This document shows, in pieces, positions 28,601 to 43,636 of a stretch of DNA of 64,000 bases. Under the pieces are notes generated by a model. That model was not told the origin of the DNA. It saw only the letters and a program-made list of their open reading frames with translations, and did no database searches. Every line of letters begins with the position of its first letter. Within the stretch, counting starts at the first letter, position 1. Made by a program: the position numbers and the translations under genes. The DNA comes from the human T2T-CHM13v2.0 reference genome, Homo sapiens, in the NCBI RefSeq assembly GCF_009914755.1, contig NC_060927.1. One strand, 5' to 3'.

Positions 28601-29775
28601 AAATCCTTCTCTGAAAAAGCATTATCATACAAATAAACTATGTATCTACACATACACATATAACATATAAGCAGGCACATTACTCTAGAATTGTGGTGTA
28701 ATGTTTTCCAATATAAGTGAACACTGTTAAATTTCAGCACTTTCAGAACAATACAATTTTACGCATAAGTTTATGTATGTAGAGTCTGGAAGGATTTACA
28801 TCAACTTTTAACAGTTGCAGCCTCTAAGGGAAAAATTGGAGATAGACCATTAAGGCACTATATTAAGTTTTACTTCAGATTGTGGAAAATACTTCTTGTT
28901 TGTTTGCTTTTTTTTTTTTTTTTTTGCTTGTTTGATGTTTTTGAGCTTAGATATAAATTTCATTCGGATCTTAAAAGTTAAAAGAAGCAACGAAATGATA
29001 GAACTTATAACAAAGAAAAATATTGTCTTCATTTATACAAAATTTGTCTTCATTTATACAACACTAACAGTAAAAATGTCTGTGTTAAGAGCTTTTAAAA
29101 GTTAACAGAAAGGCATAAGAAAAGTAATTGTATCCATGACTTCAAAATAATAGTACAAATAATTTTGATTTTACTGGACTGTTGACACCTAATATGATGA
29201 CCAACAGCTTGACAGGATCATGATTCAGGGAATCTTCAATATAAGCTGTCAAAGATGAGAAGCTTCCTTGAACATTCCAGCTAGTGACCCTTCAATTCCA
29301 ATGGAATGACTGACATACAACAGTTTGTCTATAATATCTTACAATATGTTTTTTCTATTGTTGTACATTTATCAAAACTACCTGGCAGCCTTCCTATAAT
29401 CAAGTCAGCAGTTACATGTTATTTGAAATGTGATGTTGATAGCTAGAAATACAAGCTAAGAATTAATCACAATTTTCTCTTTCATTCTTAGTTGATAAAA
29501 CTATGTATTTAATAAAAGAAAGTTCTTAAGGGAAATAAAGCACATAAAAATAAATCTCAAACAGGTTTTTTTAAACAGAGGTTCTTAGATGGGTTTCAGG
29601 TAAGTCCTCAAATCCTCAAATTTTGCATGTATTATTTTATACATATGTTTATTGTTCTAATAAAGAATTTCATTAACTTCCATCAGATTTTATCTGTGTA
29701 TTTATCAGAAGTAATGTAAGAATATATGTAAGCAAATCAAACACTTTAACATAAGCTTTAGATTGTGTAATTTGA

Positions 29776-29805
29776 TGTGTGTGTGTGTGTGTACAGAGAG
29801 AGAGA
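29776..29805. repeat. (TG)n(AG)n microsatellite
   Basis: Read directly. Confidence 0.85.
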
Positions 29806-29939
29806 AAGAAGGACAGACGTGTATATAATTGACATTGCTGCTGTTCCTTTGAAGTTTTTAACTACCAAATACATGTAGTGAATTATGTGAACATTTAAAA
29901 ACTATTTATCTGTTAAGAATTGGTGTGGGGAGAATCTTA

Positions 29940-30480
29940 ACCATGAATGCTATTTATTAAATTGAGCATTTATATGAAGATACAGCAGGGCAACTGCAAA
30001 GACATTTCTGAAGTTGAAAAAGGTGAGACTACTTTCTATACTGATTATTGAGACTTCTTTTAAAGCCTTGTAAATTAATACAGTGTGGTCTTAAGGCAAA
30101 AATGGGAAAATACATCCTCTGAACAACAACAAAAAAACAAAATGGCCAAAACTGGAGCCACACATAAATGAACACTTGATTTATGGCAATGTTGCAGAGC
30201 ATTGGTGAAAAGAGACTCTTAAATGACCAATGCTGAGTCAGTCATATATATATGTGGAAACAACGAAAGAATCTCTAAACACAAATTTACCTTCTATACA
30301 CAAATTTAATTCCAGATGGATTTTATATCTGATTTTCAATGGTAAAACAGTAAAGATTTTGCAAGGAAACATATGAGCATAACTTCTTGCGCTTTGAATA
30401 GGTAAGCTATAATGAACAGGGCACAGTAAGTACAAACCATCAAAGATAACAAAACAAAAGAAAATCAGATTGACCACATG
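29940..30480 (+). mobile_element. Ancient L1M ORF2 3' fragment
   Basis: ACACTTGATTTATGGCAA; ACACAAATTTAATTCCAGATGGATT. Confidence 0.65.
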
Positions 30481-30539
30481 ACCACTTTTCTGTCCAGACA
30501 GAAAATTTTCTCAGAAGTCATGTTTATACTTGAAATTTT

Positions 30540-31370
30540 ACATTCTCACTTCTTCTCTCTCCAACCTCTTCCCATTGGTTGTCGTCCCACACAACTTCTC
30601 TAAAACAACTTTAGTCAAAGTGACTATTGACTTTCATCTTCACAAGCCAATATTTATTTCCAGTCCTTACCTTGTATTAAGCAGCATTTGATACATTTTG
30701 CCACTTACTCCAAGATAAAACGTGTAATTCTCTGGGGTTCCAAGACTCTCTACTTTCTTGATATTCCCATTACCCCATGTCAGCTTTTCCCCAAGGGTCT
30801 TGCTTGGATGATTTCACTGCTCCTGCTATAACATTACAATCTATAACATTAGAATATATCATGACTATAACCTGGATTTCTTTCTTATGTATTTTCTCTG
30901 AGTGGTAAATGAAGTCTCATGATTTTAAAAACAACTATAGGCTGTTTATCTTCAAAAACATTTCTCTAGTTCAGGGCTATTCCCTGATATTCAGACTCAT
31001 ATTTTATCACCTGGGCATCACAGTCTGTATCCCTAATATGCATCTCAAACTTAACATGATTGAAACAAAACTTCTCATTCACTTCATGTGCCACCATGCA
31101 AAATCCACTCCTTCCCTAGCTATCTCACCTAAATATTTCCCTAGACTGGGAATATTCCTTGAAGATTCCTTTTGCTTTAACCCTTATATCAGGCTGGCAC
31201 AAAAGTAATTGCTGTTTTTGCCATTACTTTTAATCCATCTTTGAGCCCTCTCAGCATTGCTTCCAAAACATAATAGAACTTTAATTTTTCTTATCCCCCA
31301 CTGAAATATTTGTATCCCAAGACAAACATCTCTGTCTGAATTACTGAGACATCTTCCTACACTCTGTCAC
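30540..31370 (+). mobile_element. L2 fragment
   Basis: AGCAGCATTTGATACA; CATCTCAAACTTAACATG. Confidence 0.75.
31189..31234. mobile_element. Half MADE1 inside L2
   Basis: TA|TCAGGCTGGCACAAAAGTAATTGCTGTTTTTGCCATTACTTTTAAT. Confidence 0.85.
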
Positions 31371-31389
31371 TATTTAAATGATTGATCTT

Positions 31390-33521
31390 GAATTTGAATG
31401 CTAACCTCTGTAATGAAGCTGGGGAATTTGTGTGGACGATTTGCTTTCTAGCTTGCGTAACTCTTTCTCCCTCTCGTTCAGGGGTGCCAATGAGTCATAA
31501 GTTTGTTCTCTTTACATAATACTATAATTCTCAGAGCTTTACTTCACTTTTTCAAGTTATTGTTTCCTTATTTTTGCCTGACTGAGTTGATTCGAAGAAC
31601 CGGTGTTCAGGATCTGAGATTCTTGCCTCAGCTTGGTTTATTCTGGTTTTAATGCCTCTGACTATACTATACAATTCTTGTAGTGAGTTTTTCAGCTCTA
31701 TCAGATTAAATTTGGCTCTTTCTTAAAATGGCTATTTCATCTTTCACCTCTTGAATCTTTGTTCTGCATATTGACAATCTTCATTGCCATCCAGATTCTG
31801 AATTCTCTGTCATTTCAGCCATGTATAGGAAAAATCAATATTGTTAAAAATGGCCATACTGCCCAAAGCAATTATAGATACAATGCCTTTTCTGTCAAAT
31901 TATCAACATCATTTTTCACAGAATTAGAAAAATTTATTCTAAAATTCACATGGCACCAAAAAAGGGCCCAAGTAGCCAAATCAATCCTAAGCAAAGAGAA
32001 AAAAGCTGGACACAACACACTACCTGACTTCAAACTACACTTAAAAGCTACAGTAACAAAAACAACATGGTACTGGTACAAAAATGGACACATAGGCAAA
32101 TGGAACAGGTTAGAGAAACCAAAAATTAAGCCATATATCTCCAACCGTCTGATGTTCAACACAGTCAACAAACAGTAGCAAGCAATGAGGAAAAGACTAC
32201 CCTATTCAATAAATAGTGCTGGGAAAACTGGCTAGCCATATGCAGAAAGTGGACCCCTTCCTTTCACCACATACAAAAATCAACTCAGTATGGATTAAAT
32301 ACATAAATATAAAACCTGAAGCTATAAAAATGCTAGAATAAAACTTGTGAAATACCATTCTGGACATTGATCTTGGCAAAGATTTCATGATAAAGACTCC
32401 AAAAGCAATTACAAAATTACAATTACAATTAAAAAGCAATTTCCTAATTGAACTAAAAAAGGTCTGCACAGCAAAAGAAAATATCAAAATATTATACAGA
32501 CAACCTATAGAATAAAAGACAATACTTATTTCCAAACTATGCATTCAACAACGGTCTAATATCCAGAATCCACAAGGAACTTAAACAAACCAACAAGCAA
32601 AAAACAAACAACTTCATTAAAAAAGTGTGCAAAGAACCTGAACAGGCACTTCTCAAAAGAAGACATACATATAGATGACAAACATGAGAAACTGCTCAAC
32701 ATCACAAATTATTAGAGAAAGGTAAATCAAAACCATAATGAGTTATCATCCCACACCAGTCAGAAGAGTTATTATTAAAAGGTCAAAAAACAACAGATAT
32801 TGGTGAGGTTGCAGAGAAAAAAGAATGCTTATACACTGTTTATGGGAATGTAAACTAGTTCAACAACTGTAGAAACTTGTTTGAGGATTTCTCAAAGAAC
32901 TTAAAACAGAACTGCCATTCAATACAGGAATCATATTACTGAGTATATATCCAAAAGGATATAAATCAGTATCCCTAAAGACTCATGATAGTGTATGTTC
33001 ATTGCAGCCCTTTTCACAATAGCAAATACATGGAATCATCATTGATGCCCATCAACAGTGGGCCAGATAAAAAAAAATATGGTACATATACACCATGGAA
33101 TACTTTGTAGTCATAAAAAGAATAAAATCATATCCTTTGCAACAATGTGGATGCAGCTAAAGGCCACTACCCTAAGCTAATTAATGCAGAAACAGAAAAC
33201 CATATAACACATGTTGTCACTTATAAGTGTTAACATGTGGTGCACATGGTGTCACTTATAAGTGTTAACATGTGGTGCACATGGTAGCTAAACATTGAGT
33301 ATACGTAGTCACATAGATGGAACAATAGACATAGGGGTCTAATTGAGGGCAGAGAGTAGGAGGAAGGTGAGGGTTGGAAAACTACATTTCCAATTGGGTC
33401 CTATGCTCGCTATCTAGGTGGCAAAATAATTTGTACACCAAACCTCAGCAACGCAGAATTTGCCCATGTAACAAACCTGCACATTTTATACCCCTAGAAC
33501 CCAAAATAAAATTTGGAAAAA
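31390..33521 (+). mobile_element. L1PB/L1PA16-like element: inverted ORF1 piece (~31390-31820, -) joined to ORF2 3' part and 3'UTR (+)
   Basis: ORF2 peptide [28 protein letters not shown]...WYWYKN; 3' end CCCATGTAACAAACCTGCAC...AAAATAAAA. Confidence 0.88.
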
Positions 33522-33549
33522 ATGCAGTCAAAAGATTTTTTACTTTTTT

Positions 33550-34425
33550 ATCAAAAGATAAAAAGTAACAAATACTAGGAAGGATGCAGAGAAAGGGTAA
33601 CTCTTATACCATGTTGTTGAGAATATAAATTAGTACAGCCATATAAAGAACAAAATGGAGCTTCCTCAGAAAATTAAAAACAAAACTACCATATGATCCA
33701 ACAATCTCACTACTGGTTATATATCCAAAGGATATAACATCTGTATGTTGAAGATATACCTGTACCCCACAATATTGCAGCAGTAGCCAAGATACAAGAT
33801 CAAATTAAGTGTCTATCAATGAATGAACAAAGAAAATGAAATGTGGTACATATACACAGTGAAATACTATTTAGCTATAAAAAAAGAATAAAATTGTGTC
33901 AATTGTGACAATATGGATGAACCTAAAAAATATTATGTTAAATGAAATCAATCAAGTACAGAAGGATAAATATGGCATAATCTCACTTACAGGTAGAACA
34001 TAAGAATGTTTATCTCTTAGAAGTAGAGAGTAGAATAGTGATTACCAGAGGCTAGAAAAAGTAGAGAGAGATGTGGAGACATTGGTCAACTGGTATAAAG
34101 AGCGGGACAGAGGAGACATTGGTCAACTGGAATAAAGTTAAAATTAGATAGGAGACAGAAGTTCCAGCATTGTATTGCACAATAGGATGACTACAGTAAA
34201 TAATAACATATTGTATACTTCATAATCTTTAGAAGAAAGAATTTTGAATGTCCTTACCACAAAGAAATGACAAAAGTTTGAAGTCATGGCTATTTTTATT
34301 ATCCTGATTTGATCAGTACACAATGTATGTAAACATCACACTGTACCCCATACATGTCAAAATATCACCCTGTACCCATAAATATGGAAAATTATCATGT
34401 GTCATAAAAACAAAATGAAACTTGT
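33550..34425 (+). mobile_element. L1MA 3' region
   Basis: CTACCATATGATCCAACAATC; AGAAGTAGAGAGTAGAATAGTGATTACCAGAGGCT; A-rich end. Confidence 0.88.
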
Positions 34426-34605
34426 AAAATTGTGGTAAATCCACAGGCTAAATAAATAAATTTCAATGTCTGTACCTGTAACACGATTCTAGGAATTGGA
34501 CTTCATTATGAATTATGACATGGAAGAAAACCACTTTCCTACTGGACATTATTATTTTTAAGTAATAATTATTACTCCTATTATGTAATTATGTGTATAT
34601 ATTTT

Positions 34606-35236
<631 letters not shown>

Positions 35237-35239
35237 AAT

Positions 35240-35545
35240 ATATTTTAATTTTTATAGCTACATAATAGTTGTGCATATTTATGGAGTACCTGTGATATTT
35301 TGATAAAAGCATACAATTTGTAATGACAAAATTAGAGTAACTGGGATATTCATCATCTGAAACATTTTTGTGTGTGTTAAGAACATTGCAATTTCACTCT
35401 TCTAGTTATTTTGAAATATACAACAAATTATTGTTAACTATAGTCACCCTATTGTACTACCAAATATTAGATCTTACTGCTTCTATTTAACAGTGTTTTT
35501 GTACACATTAGCCAACACTTGTCTATCCTCCTCTTCCCACTACAC
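35240..35545 (-). mobile_element. L1MA 3' end
   Basis: TACATAATAGTTGTGCATATTTATGGAGTAC...TTAACTATAGTCACCCT. Confidence 0.85.
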
Positions 35546-35629
35546 TAGGGTATGCTTTTTTACAAGTAACATAGTTATTTGTTTCTTCTTACAGTAGCTA
35601 GTCTACCCTAACCAATACAAAAATGAGTA

Positions 35630-37030
35630 CACTTTAGTAGGGTTCTATAACAAATATTGGTATACACATGTAGTCCTGGCTTAGTAGCGCATAGCCAGGT
35701 TATGGGCAGTGGGTGGGTGTAGCAGATGTAGCAGGCTGGAAAGCTAGTGTTTCACCCTATGCTGTGGAAAACTATTGCTTGTTTTAATTTGGAAGGCAGA
35801 TCACATACTTAACAACACCGAAAGTCTAGCCAAATCAGTTGAAAAGATCAAACATATTAGCATGTATATGCTACTCCTTGCCACTTAAAACAAAGTATTA
35901 TAAGAGTTAAATAATTATAAGTATGATAACAACATCAGTAACAATTGGTTGGCTAACAAGAAGAAATCGGAGAAAATAGAGAAAATCCAGAATAATTTGG
36001 TGACTCTATGGCTACTGACACAAGGGAATAACTGAAATCAAAAATGATCAGAAGTCTTCAGGTTCTTGAGGAAATTATACTGCAAACTGACTACAAATGT
36101 CCTGAAAGCTTCTGGTACCAATCAGTCTTTGAAACAAACCCCAGTATTGGAAAGTTGTACCAAGAGGAAGCAGTCTTTAAAGTTACAACACCCCATTTAG
36201 ATTATTAACTGAAATACCCATTTCAGATGTTATTGTCGAGGATATAGGACAAGTAAAAATTTTGCAGAGGGCAAATCATGAGCCATATAAACAATGTTCA
36301 AGAAAATTCCTGCCAAGGAGAACTTTGGTCTGTTCAAGAAAATTTCTTAACTACTCAGATCAAGGTGTCTTGACTATACGACCCATGTGAGTTTCATCAG
36401 TAACTGCTCTGAAAGAGGAAGGGCTGTTTTCCAGGCTTCCCTTTTTGATGGTACTTTTTATTATGTTCTATCTCTCCTTGCTCTGCCTTTGTATATTGTG
36501 TGTTTGGTGGAAAGGAGAAACATTATAACGTGCTTTTTCTTTTGTAAGGTCTCTGGGCCACAGGCAACCCACTTGGCCTGGTGGAGAGAACTGAATGTTG
36601 CCCACAGGTCCTGAACTTTCAGCTGAATATAGTAACTGAGTGAGTTTTGGATTGTCAACGTTAAGAAAACATTGCATTCATTTTGTGAGACAAAGACTGT
36701 TCCTACATATTTCATGATCAAAGGAGAACACGTACGGATGGATAACGTCCACCAAAAGCTGTTCTCTTCTTCATGGACTCATGGCTAAGAGACATCTGCT
36801 AGTCTCTCTCATATCTAGGTGTAGCCATAACTTATCTTCAGTAGGATATTAACAGAAGGTTTGAGTGCCCTTTCCATGTCAGACTTTACCTATTGAGCTT
36901 GCCCTCTGTATACCTTCTTTATCTTCCACTATCAATGTGCTGGAATTTAACATAGAAACCAGTTGATAAAGCTGGCTGAACCATTTCAAGCTGTTCCCGT
37001 AGCCTATCAACACCCAACCTAAACAATTAC
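35630..37030 (+). mobile_element. Decayed MLT1 internal segment with LTR remnant
   Basis: GTCCTGGCTTAGTAG...GCAGATGTAGCAGGCTGGAAAGCT; TTGCATTCATTTTGTGAG. Confidence 0.5.
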
Positions 37031-37032
37031 TC

Positions 37033-37345
37033 TGGCTGGGTTCAGTGGCTCACGCCTGTAATCCCAGAACTTTAGGAGGCTGAGGTGGTCAGTATGCTTG
37101 AGCTCAGGAGTTCAAGATCAGTCTGGGCAACATGGTGAAACCCTTCTCTAAAACATATACAAAAATTAATCAGGCACGGTGTCAAGTGCCTGTAGTCCTA
37201 GCTACTCGGGAGGCTGAAGTGGAAGGTTGGCTTGATCCCAGGAGGTCAAGGTTGCCGTGAGCCAAGATTGTGCCACTGCACTCCAGTCTGCACAAGACAG
37301 CCAGAACCTGTCTGACAAAAAAAAAAAGAAAAAACAAAAAAGAAA
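37033..37345 (+). mobile_element. AluJ
   Basis: GCTTGAGCTCAGGAGTTCAAG, GGAGGTCAAGGTTGC; TSD AATTACTCT. Confidence 0.95.
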
Positions 37346-38874
37346 AATTACTCTGTAATTTTTTGTTGAGCCCTTTGGCCTACCTCAAATAATATAGAGT
37401 GCAAAGTTTATCAGCAATTTATCATGTTTTTGTATAATAAAACTGCAAAGAGAATAAAATCTCTGGCCTCTTATTCCTTCTCTTCCCACTACTTTCCATG
37501 TGAGGAATAGTAACTTATCTAAATGGTGAGTTTGGAAAAGAAAACCACATATACTTGCCTCAACTCTCATTATCCTTTGATTAATTTACCTACCTTAGAG
37601 AGAACACCCATTGCTGTAATATTTAAATTAGAAAAACACACTCTACTCCTAATTTCTGCAAATTTCAAGTAGAATTAATTCAGGGCAATGTTAGCAAGTT
37701 GTGTGGCTGCATACCCAAACAAGCCAAGTTCTCCAAAAATAGCCTTTATTGATAATAAGATCTTCATTACGATCTTCATTTATGTGAGTCCTTTGGCTAC
37801 TTTTCAAATAACATTGGACTTGGGTAGAAACTTACAGTGAGCTATTTCTCAACATCTCTAAGAATAGCCTAAAGTTAAAACAAAACAAAATAAAACTTTA
37901 TTTGTATATTTATTTACTGAAGTAACCAAGTGCTCTTCCAAAACTTTTTTTTTGTTCCTCTTCTGTCTCAGTCCAGCACTTTTACCACCCATTTAAGTAA
38001 TCTAATTACACCTCTTAAGTAATCTTCAACTTGTATTTAGCATGATGGAATTTATAAACCAGCTCTATATTTGAAGTACATTGGGACATAAGCATAGGTC
38101 TTTATCTTTCACAACATCAAAATGAAATTTCAACCAGGTTATTCTCAGGTGTGTATGATTCTTACCCACTTGTCAATTTGAAAATATATGTAATAAAATG
38201 ATTCCATTTAGTATGTAATATCACGATCAGGATGGCACAGTAGTTTATGACAGAAACATCTACAAAAAATACTGCAAATGTAGTGGAGAATTTCTGGCAG
38301 TTTGGGAGAGCAAAAAAAAAATTTTTAGACAAGTTCAGCCCTATATTCTCAAAATATGCCGAAGGTATATGAAGTTATCTATTTAGAATATATCTAAAAA
38401 TATGCCTAAATTATTATGATGAATATACCCTCTCTGATCCTATTTGCCCTATTTTAATAGGATGTTAAGACTGATGTGGGTTTCATGGAACTGGTAAATT
38501 TTACCTAAATAAATTAAGCACACCAAGAAAAAAAATCAAAGAAGGTCAATAAAATGTTTGACACAGACAAATTCCTTTTTAAGTCTTCCCCACAAAACAT
38601 CTACAATACTATTTTATAGAGAAAACATAACTAATATTTAAAAGCCAAGTGCTTTAGATATAGTGTGTAATTTAAGATTTAAAACTCACAGCAAAGCACT
38701 ATGTCTACATAGAGGAAGTTTTAAGAGAGAGACAGAAAATCGAGAGAGAGAGAGAGAGAACCAGACTACCAGATTTTCACACCCAGGAGAGCTGAGTCTA
38801 TGGCCCATAATGTAATTCATATGCTACTGTTAACTCCACGCTTAAAAGACTTAAGACTTTTCATTTGTACTTCA

Positions 38875-39526
<652 letters not shown>

Positions 39527-42500
39527 TATAAACTAATGTTATAAAGAATTAGCAGATTGACTTTATAAGTGTCCAATATGCTTTGGCTGTTAATTTTCTT
39601 AGTGTTTTTTTTTTTCAATCTTCATTATAGTAAAAATTTAATATTTTCATTTAAGGCAATTTTTGCTTTATTATCTTACATATTCCAGGAATATATATAT
39701 TCAATAATTTTTAAATTATAGTGTTTGGGTAATAATACTTTAACAGAGTCTTTTGACAAAATAAGAACCCTTTATAGAGTGAATTATTCTGTTCTATCAT
39801 TTTGAAATTTTATGTGTTGGATTTTCTTAGGAATAACATTGTTTAAATAGCCTGATATCTTAAAATGTAATTGAATAAGGAAATTAAGTTTGGGATGGTA
39901 AGTGTTGCTCTTGGTGAGTGTTTTATGACTCCAATGCTTTTATTATGATTTTCCTCAGTATCGCTTTATTGCCATTATGTATAGGTCTAACGTTTTCCTA
40001 TATAAGATTGTCATAAGGACTAAAAATATCTTTCTTTTCCACTATTATATCCATGGACCATGTAAGCACCTATTAAGTATATGATAAATGATTTATATAT
40101 TACATTCTTGAAAATTTCCTGACATTGTGATGTAGTATGCAAATAGATGTGTGTGCATACATACACACACATACAATAACCTAATTCAGGACAGAAAAAA
40201 GTAAAGAATAATACACCTGAATTGTATTTTCAAAGCTATAAGAGAAGAGAATTGGTGACTTGTACAATGAGAGAGAAACACAAAAAAAATAAGCCAGGTA
40301 ATACAGAATCCAAATAAAGACAGAAAACAGTCAAGAACAGGGACTCATTTCTGGTGATGATACTAAATGAGTGATTAATGAAGTGACAGAAAAACAAGAA
40401 AAAATTTACATTAAAGACTAAAACCATTTCTTTTTTTATTTTGTTTGTTTCGCTGAAAGAGGCTGCTAAGAAATTAATGATATCTACAGAAATGACAGAT
40501 TACATTTTAGAACTTGAAATGAAAAGGACAGTTTGGCCATTGTCACTAACAGTCAAAAATTTGAATTATTTGATGAAAAATATATCTTGGAAAGGTTTAT
40601 CTAACTTGAAACATATATTTTCTATCTGTGTTCCCTAGTATTAATGAATCATATGCCTAAATTTTTTATCTAATTTCAAAGAAAATATCTGCCTACTACC
40701 AGAAGGAAGGAGGGAAGAAAAATGTTTAGCATACAAATTAAATAATAAATAGTAATAACAAACTGTGGGTGACATCTACAGTTTTTCACAAGACAAAACA
40801 AAATATTTCAACTTATTTTCACTAGTTTTTTCTACAATTGTGTCAAAGAAAGCAGTGACGTTTGTGTTAAATAGCTTGTGAAAATTGAACAAAGACTGCA
40901 CTGGTAAATACATTGCCTTCTTCAGTGAGATTATTTACTTCTTTGACAGTTTCACTGTCGATGAGGACATGAGAAATTGCTTTTACTGCAGGCTGTATGA
41001 TATGTGGAATTTTTATCAGATGGTTGTTATTAAACATTGTTTAAATGAAAAGTGACACAGTCTCTTTTAATGGGCTGAATGTTCAAAAGATTAGCAAACA
41101 AAAAAGCTTCCAGCATGAACTGAATTTTTATGATTTTTCTTGGCACACTGCCATAATATGAAAGTTTTAGATGATTTTAAAAGCTACCTGGAGTGGTCTT
41201 AATTCTCAGCCCTCCTGGGAAGCTCCAAAGTACTAAGGATTGTCTTTGGCTTTTTCTTGGGAAACTTCACTTCTTTCTTTGGCCTTTATTGATCTTAACC
41301 ATCTCCAGAAACACACAGTTTATGCCAACAAATACTTTCAAACACAAAGTAAAAAAGAAAGAGTGATAAAATAAAAAGCAATAACTGTAACCTGATGAAA
41401 AATCCAGACTGAGGAAAGTGCTCTGTTTTTTAAGTAAACAAAAAAACTGATACTTTATTTACAACTCCAGCTATATTTCCATTTCTTGCATGACCTTAAA
41501 AAACACATTCCACTGTGTAAACCAGAATAATTTCATATAATTTTTACTAAAAGATTATATAAATATTAGTATATTAAAAATAACAAAAATGCTTTATAGT
41601 CATATGCTGTTATTCTTTAATGAATATCTATTTTAGGTAGATATCAGTAATTAAATAATTATATTTGCAGAAAAGGGGAGGATTAGGTATAGAGTTACGT
41701 GTTAGTGAGTAATACGAATATATTGAAATAGTTACTGTTTCAAATGTTTTACACTAAGCCTTTGCAATATCTGGAGCAAAAATTAAGTAGACAAACGTCT
41801 TCAGAATCTGTCTTATACAAGCAACTTGCAATTGCACTAATTAACATGACCTTATGGTAACACCCTGGATTTAAAGCTTTTTAATGGCACATATAGTATT
41901 AGTTGATATGTTTATATTTTCTAGCACAATAATGGTAGGTAATTTATTAATAAATTACAGAAACTCTTTATGTTATTCACATAAGTAACTTACATTTCTT
42001 TCTTCTAACTATATTTAATCATAAACCAATGTTATACATCTAAATTATCTTTTGCAATTCTTCTGCTTGTCTGATTGGCTACATTTGATATAATTAATCA
42101 TGTTTTCTTTGACAAAATCTATTTACTCTTGTCTTGCATCATAACACAACTATGTATTTATTTGTGTATATATATTTATTTAATATAGTTTTATATAAAT
42201 TATATAGATATGTTTCTGTAGATATAAAATCTTTGTTAGTTTTGTTTGAATAGTCTAGATTACTCTGTATTGTATCTCCAAGTTTTTCTGTTTTCTCCTC
42301 TATTATCAATTTTAGGTTGTAATTGCTCAAAATTCTGCCAAGTTTCTTCTCACTTTTACATTCTTTCACTAATTAACATCATCAAATTTATACTGAGGGT
42401 CAATGATAAGCCATGAACCAAGTCATCTCAAAATTATCACACCTCTGAGACTACTAACTCAAACTTCCAAATCTCCAATCATAATCTTTTATTCTGTGAA

Positions 42501-42784
42501 ACTTTGATTGATAAAGAACTCCCACTCAAACTGCTATATGACTTCAATGACATCTCCATTTTGATGCCTTTACTTTTTCTCCATTTTTTACCTAACAATA
42601 AATCAATATATACAAGCTATATAATTGAGCTTTTGAATTGAAGTTCAATGAATTTAGTGTGTCCAACCTGTATCCCATTACACTTTTCCTCTCAGACCAA
42701 AATACATGCCACTTTTCAAAGGTTTCTTCTCTCATAAGAGACAATACGCAAGTTCAAGTCAGAATTCCAAAAGGTCATCTAAAC

Positions 42785-43059
42785 TTTCACATGCATCCAT
42801 GTGAAGAGACCACCAAACAGGCTTCGTGTGAGCAATAAAGCTTTTTAATCACCTGGGGGCAGGGGCGGAGGTCACAAGGTTCTCAGTGGGGGAGCTTCTG
42901 AGCCAGGAGAAGGAATTTCACAAGGTAATGTCATCAGTTAAGGCAGGAACTGGCCTTTTTCCCTTCTTTTGTGATTCTTCAGTTACTTCAGGCCATCTGG
43001 ATGTACACGTGCAGGTCACAGGAAATATGATGGCTTAGCTTGCGCCCAGAGGCCTGACA
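42785..43059 (-). mobile_element. Distal LTR7 with ~110-bp internal deletion
   Basis: LTR termini intact; lacks the block between the two GCAGG(GG) motifs that contains the TATA box in the other two LTRs. Confidence 0.92.
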
Positions 43060-43636
43060 TTCCTGTCTTCTTATATTAATAAGAAAAATAAAATGAAATA
43101 GTGGTAAAGTGTTGGGGTGGCAAAAATTTTTGGGGGTGGCATGGAGAGATAATGGGCGATGTTTCTCATGGCTGTTGTAAGCAGGATTAGGGGCGGTATG
43201 GGAACCTAGAGTGGGAGAGATTAAGCTGAAGGAAGATTTTGTGGTAAGAGGCAATATTGTGGGGTTGTTAAAAGGAGCATTTGTCATATAGAAGGATTGG
43301 TGATAGCCTGGATGCGGTTTTGTATGAATTGAGAAACTAAACAGAAGACACAAGGTCTGAATAAGATAAGGAGAAAAACAGGTATTGAAGGACTAAGAAT
43401 TAGGAGGACCCAGGACATCCAATTGGAGAGTGCCCAAGGGGGTTCAGCATAATTACTTGCTTGGTTGGTGAGTTTTTAGGCCCTATCCAAGTTTTTGGGG
43501 TGCAGTTCAAGTTGGGCTGGTGTCTGGAATGTGACTGGGGCCTAATAAAAAGGAGTGTCCATAAAAGAGCTCAAATGGGCTGTAACCTATAGCAATCGGA
43601 GGACAGCCCCGAATTCTGAGAAAGCCAAGTGGTAAA

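Noticed and set aside
33215-33284. CRISPR-like 35-bp palindromic repeat
   Set aside because: Only two adjacent copies, no spacers, inside an L1 in mammalian DNA.
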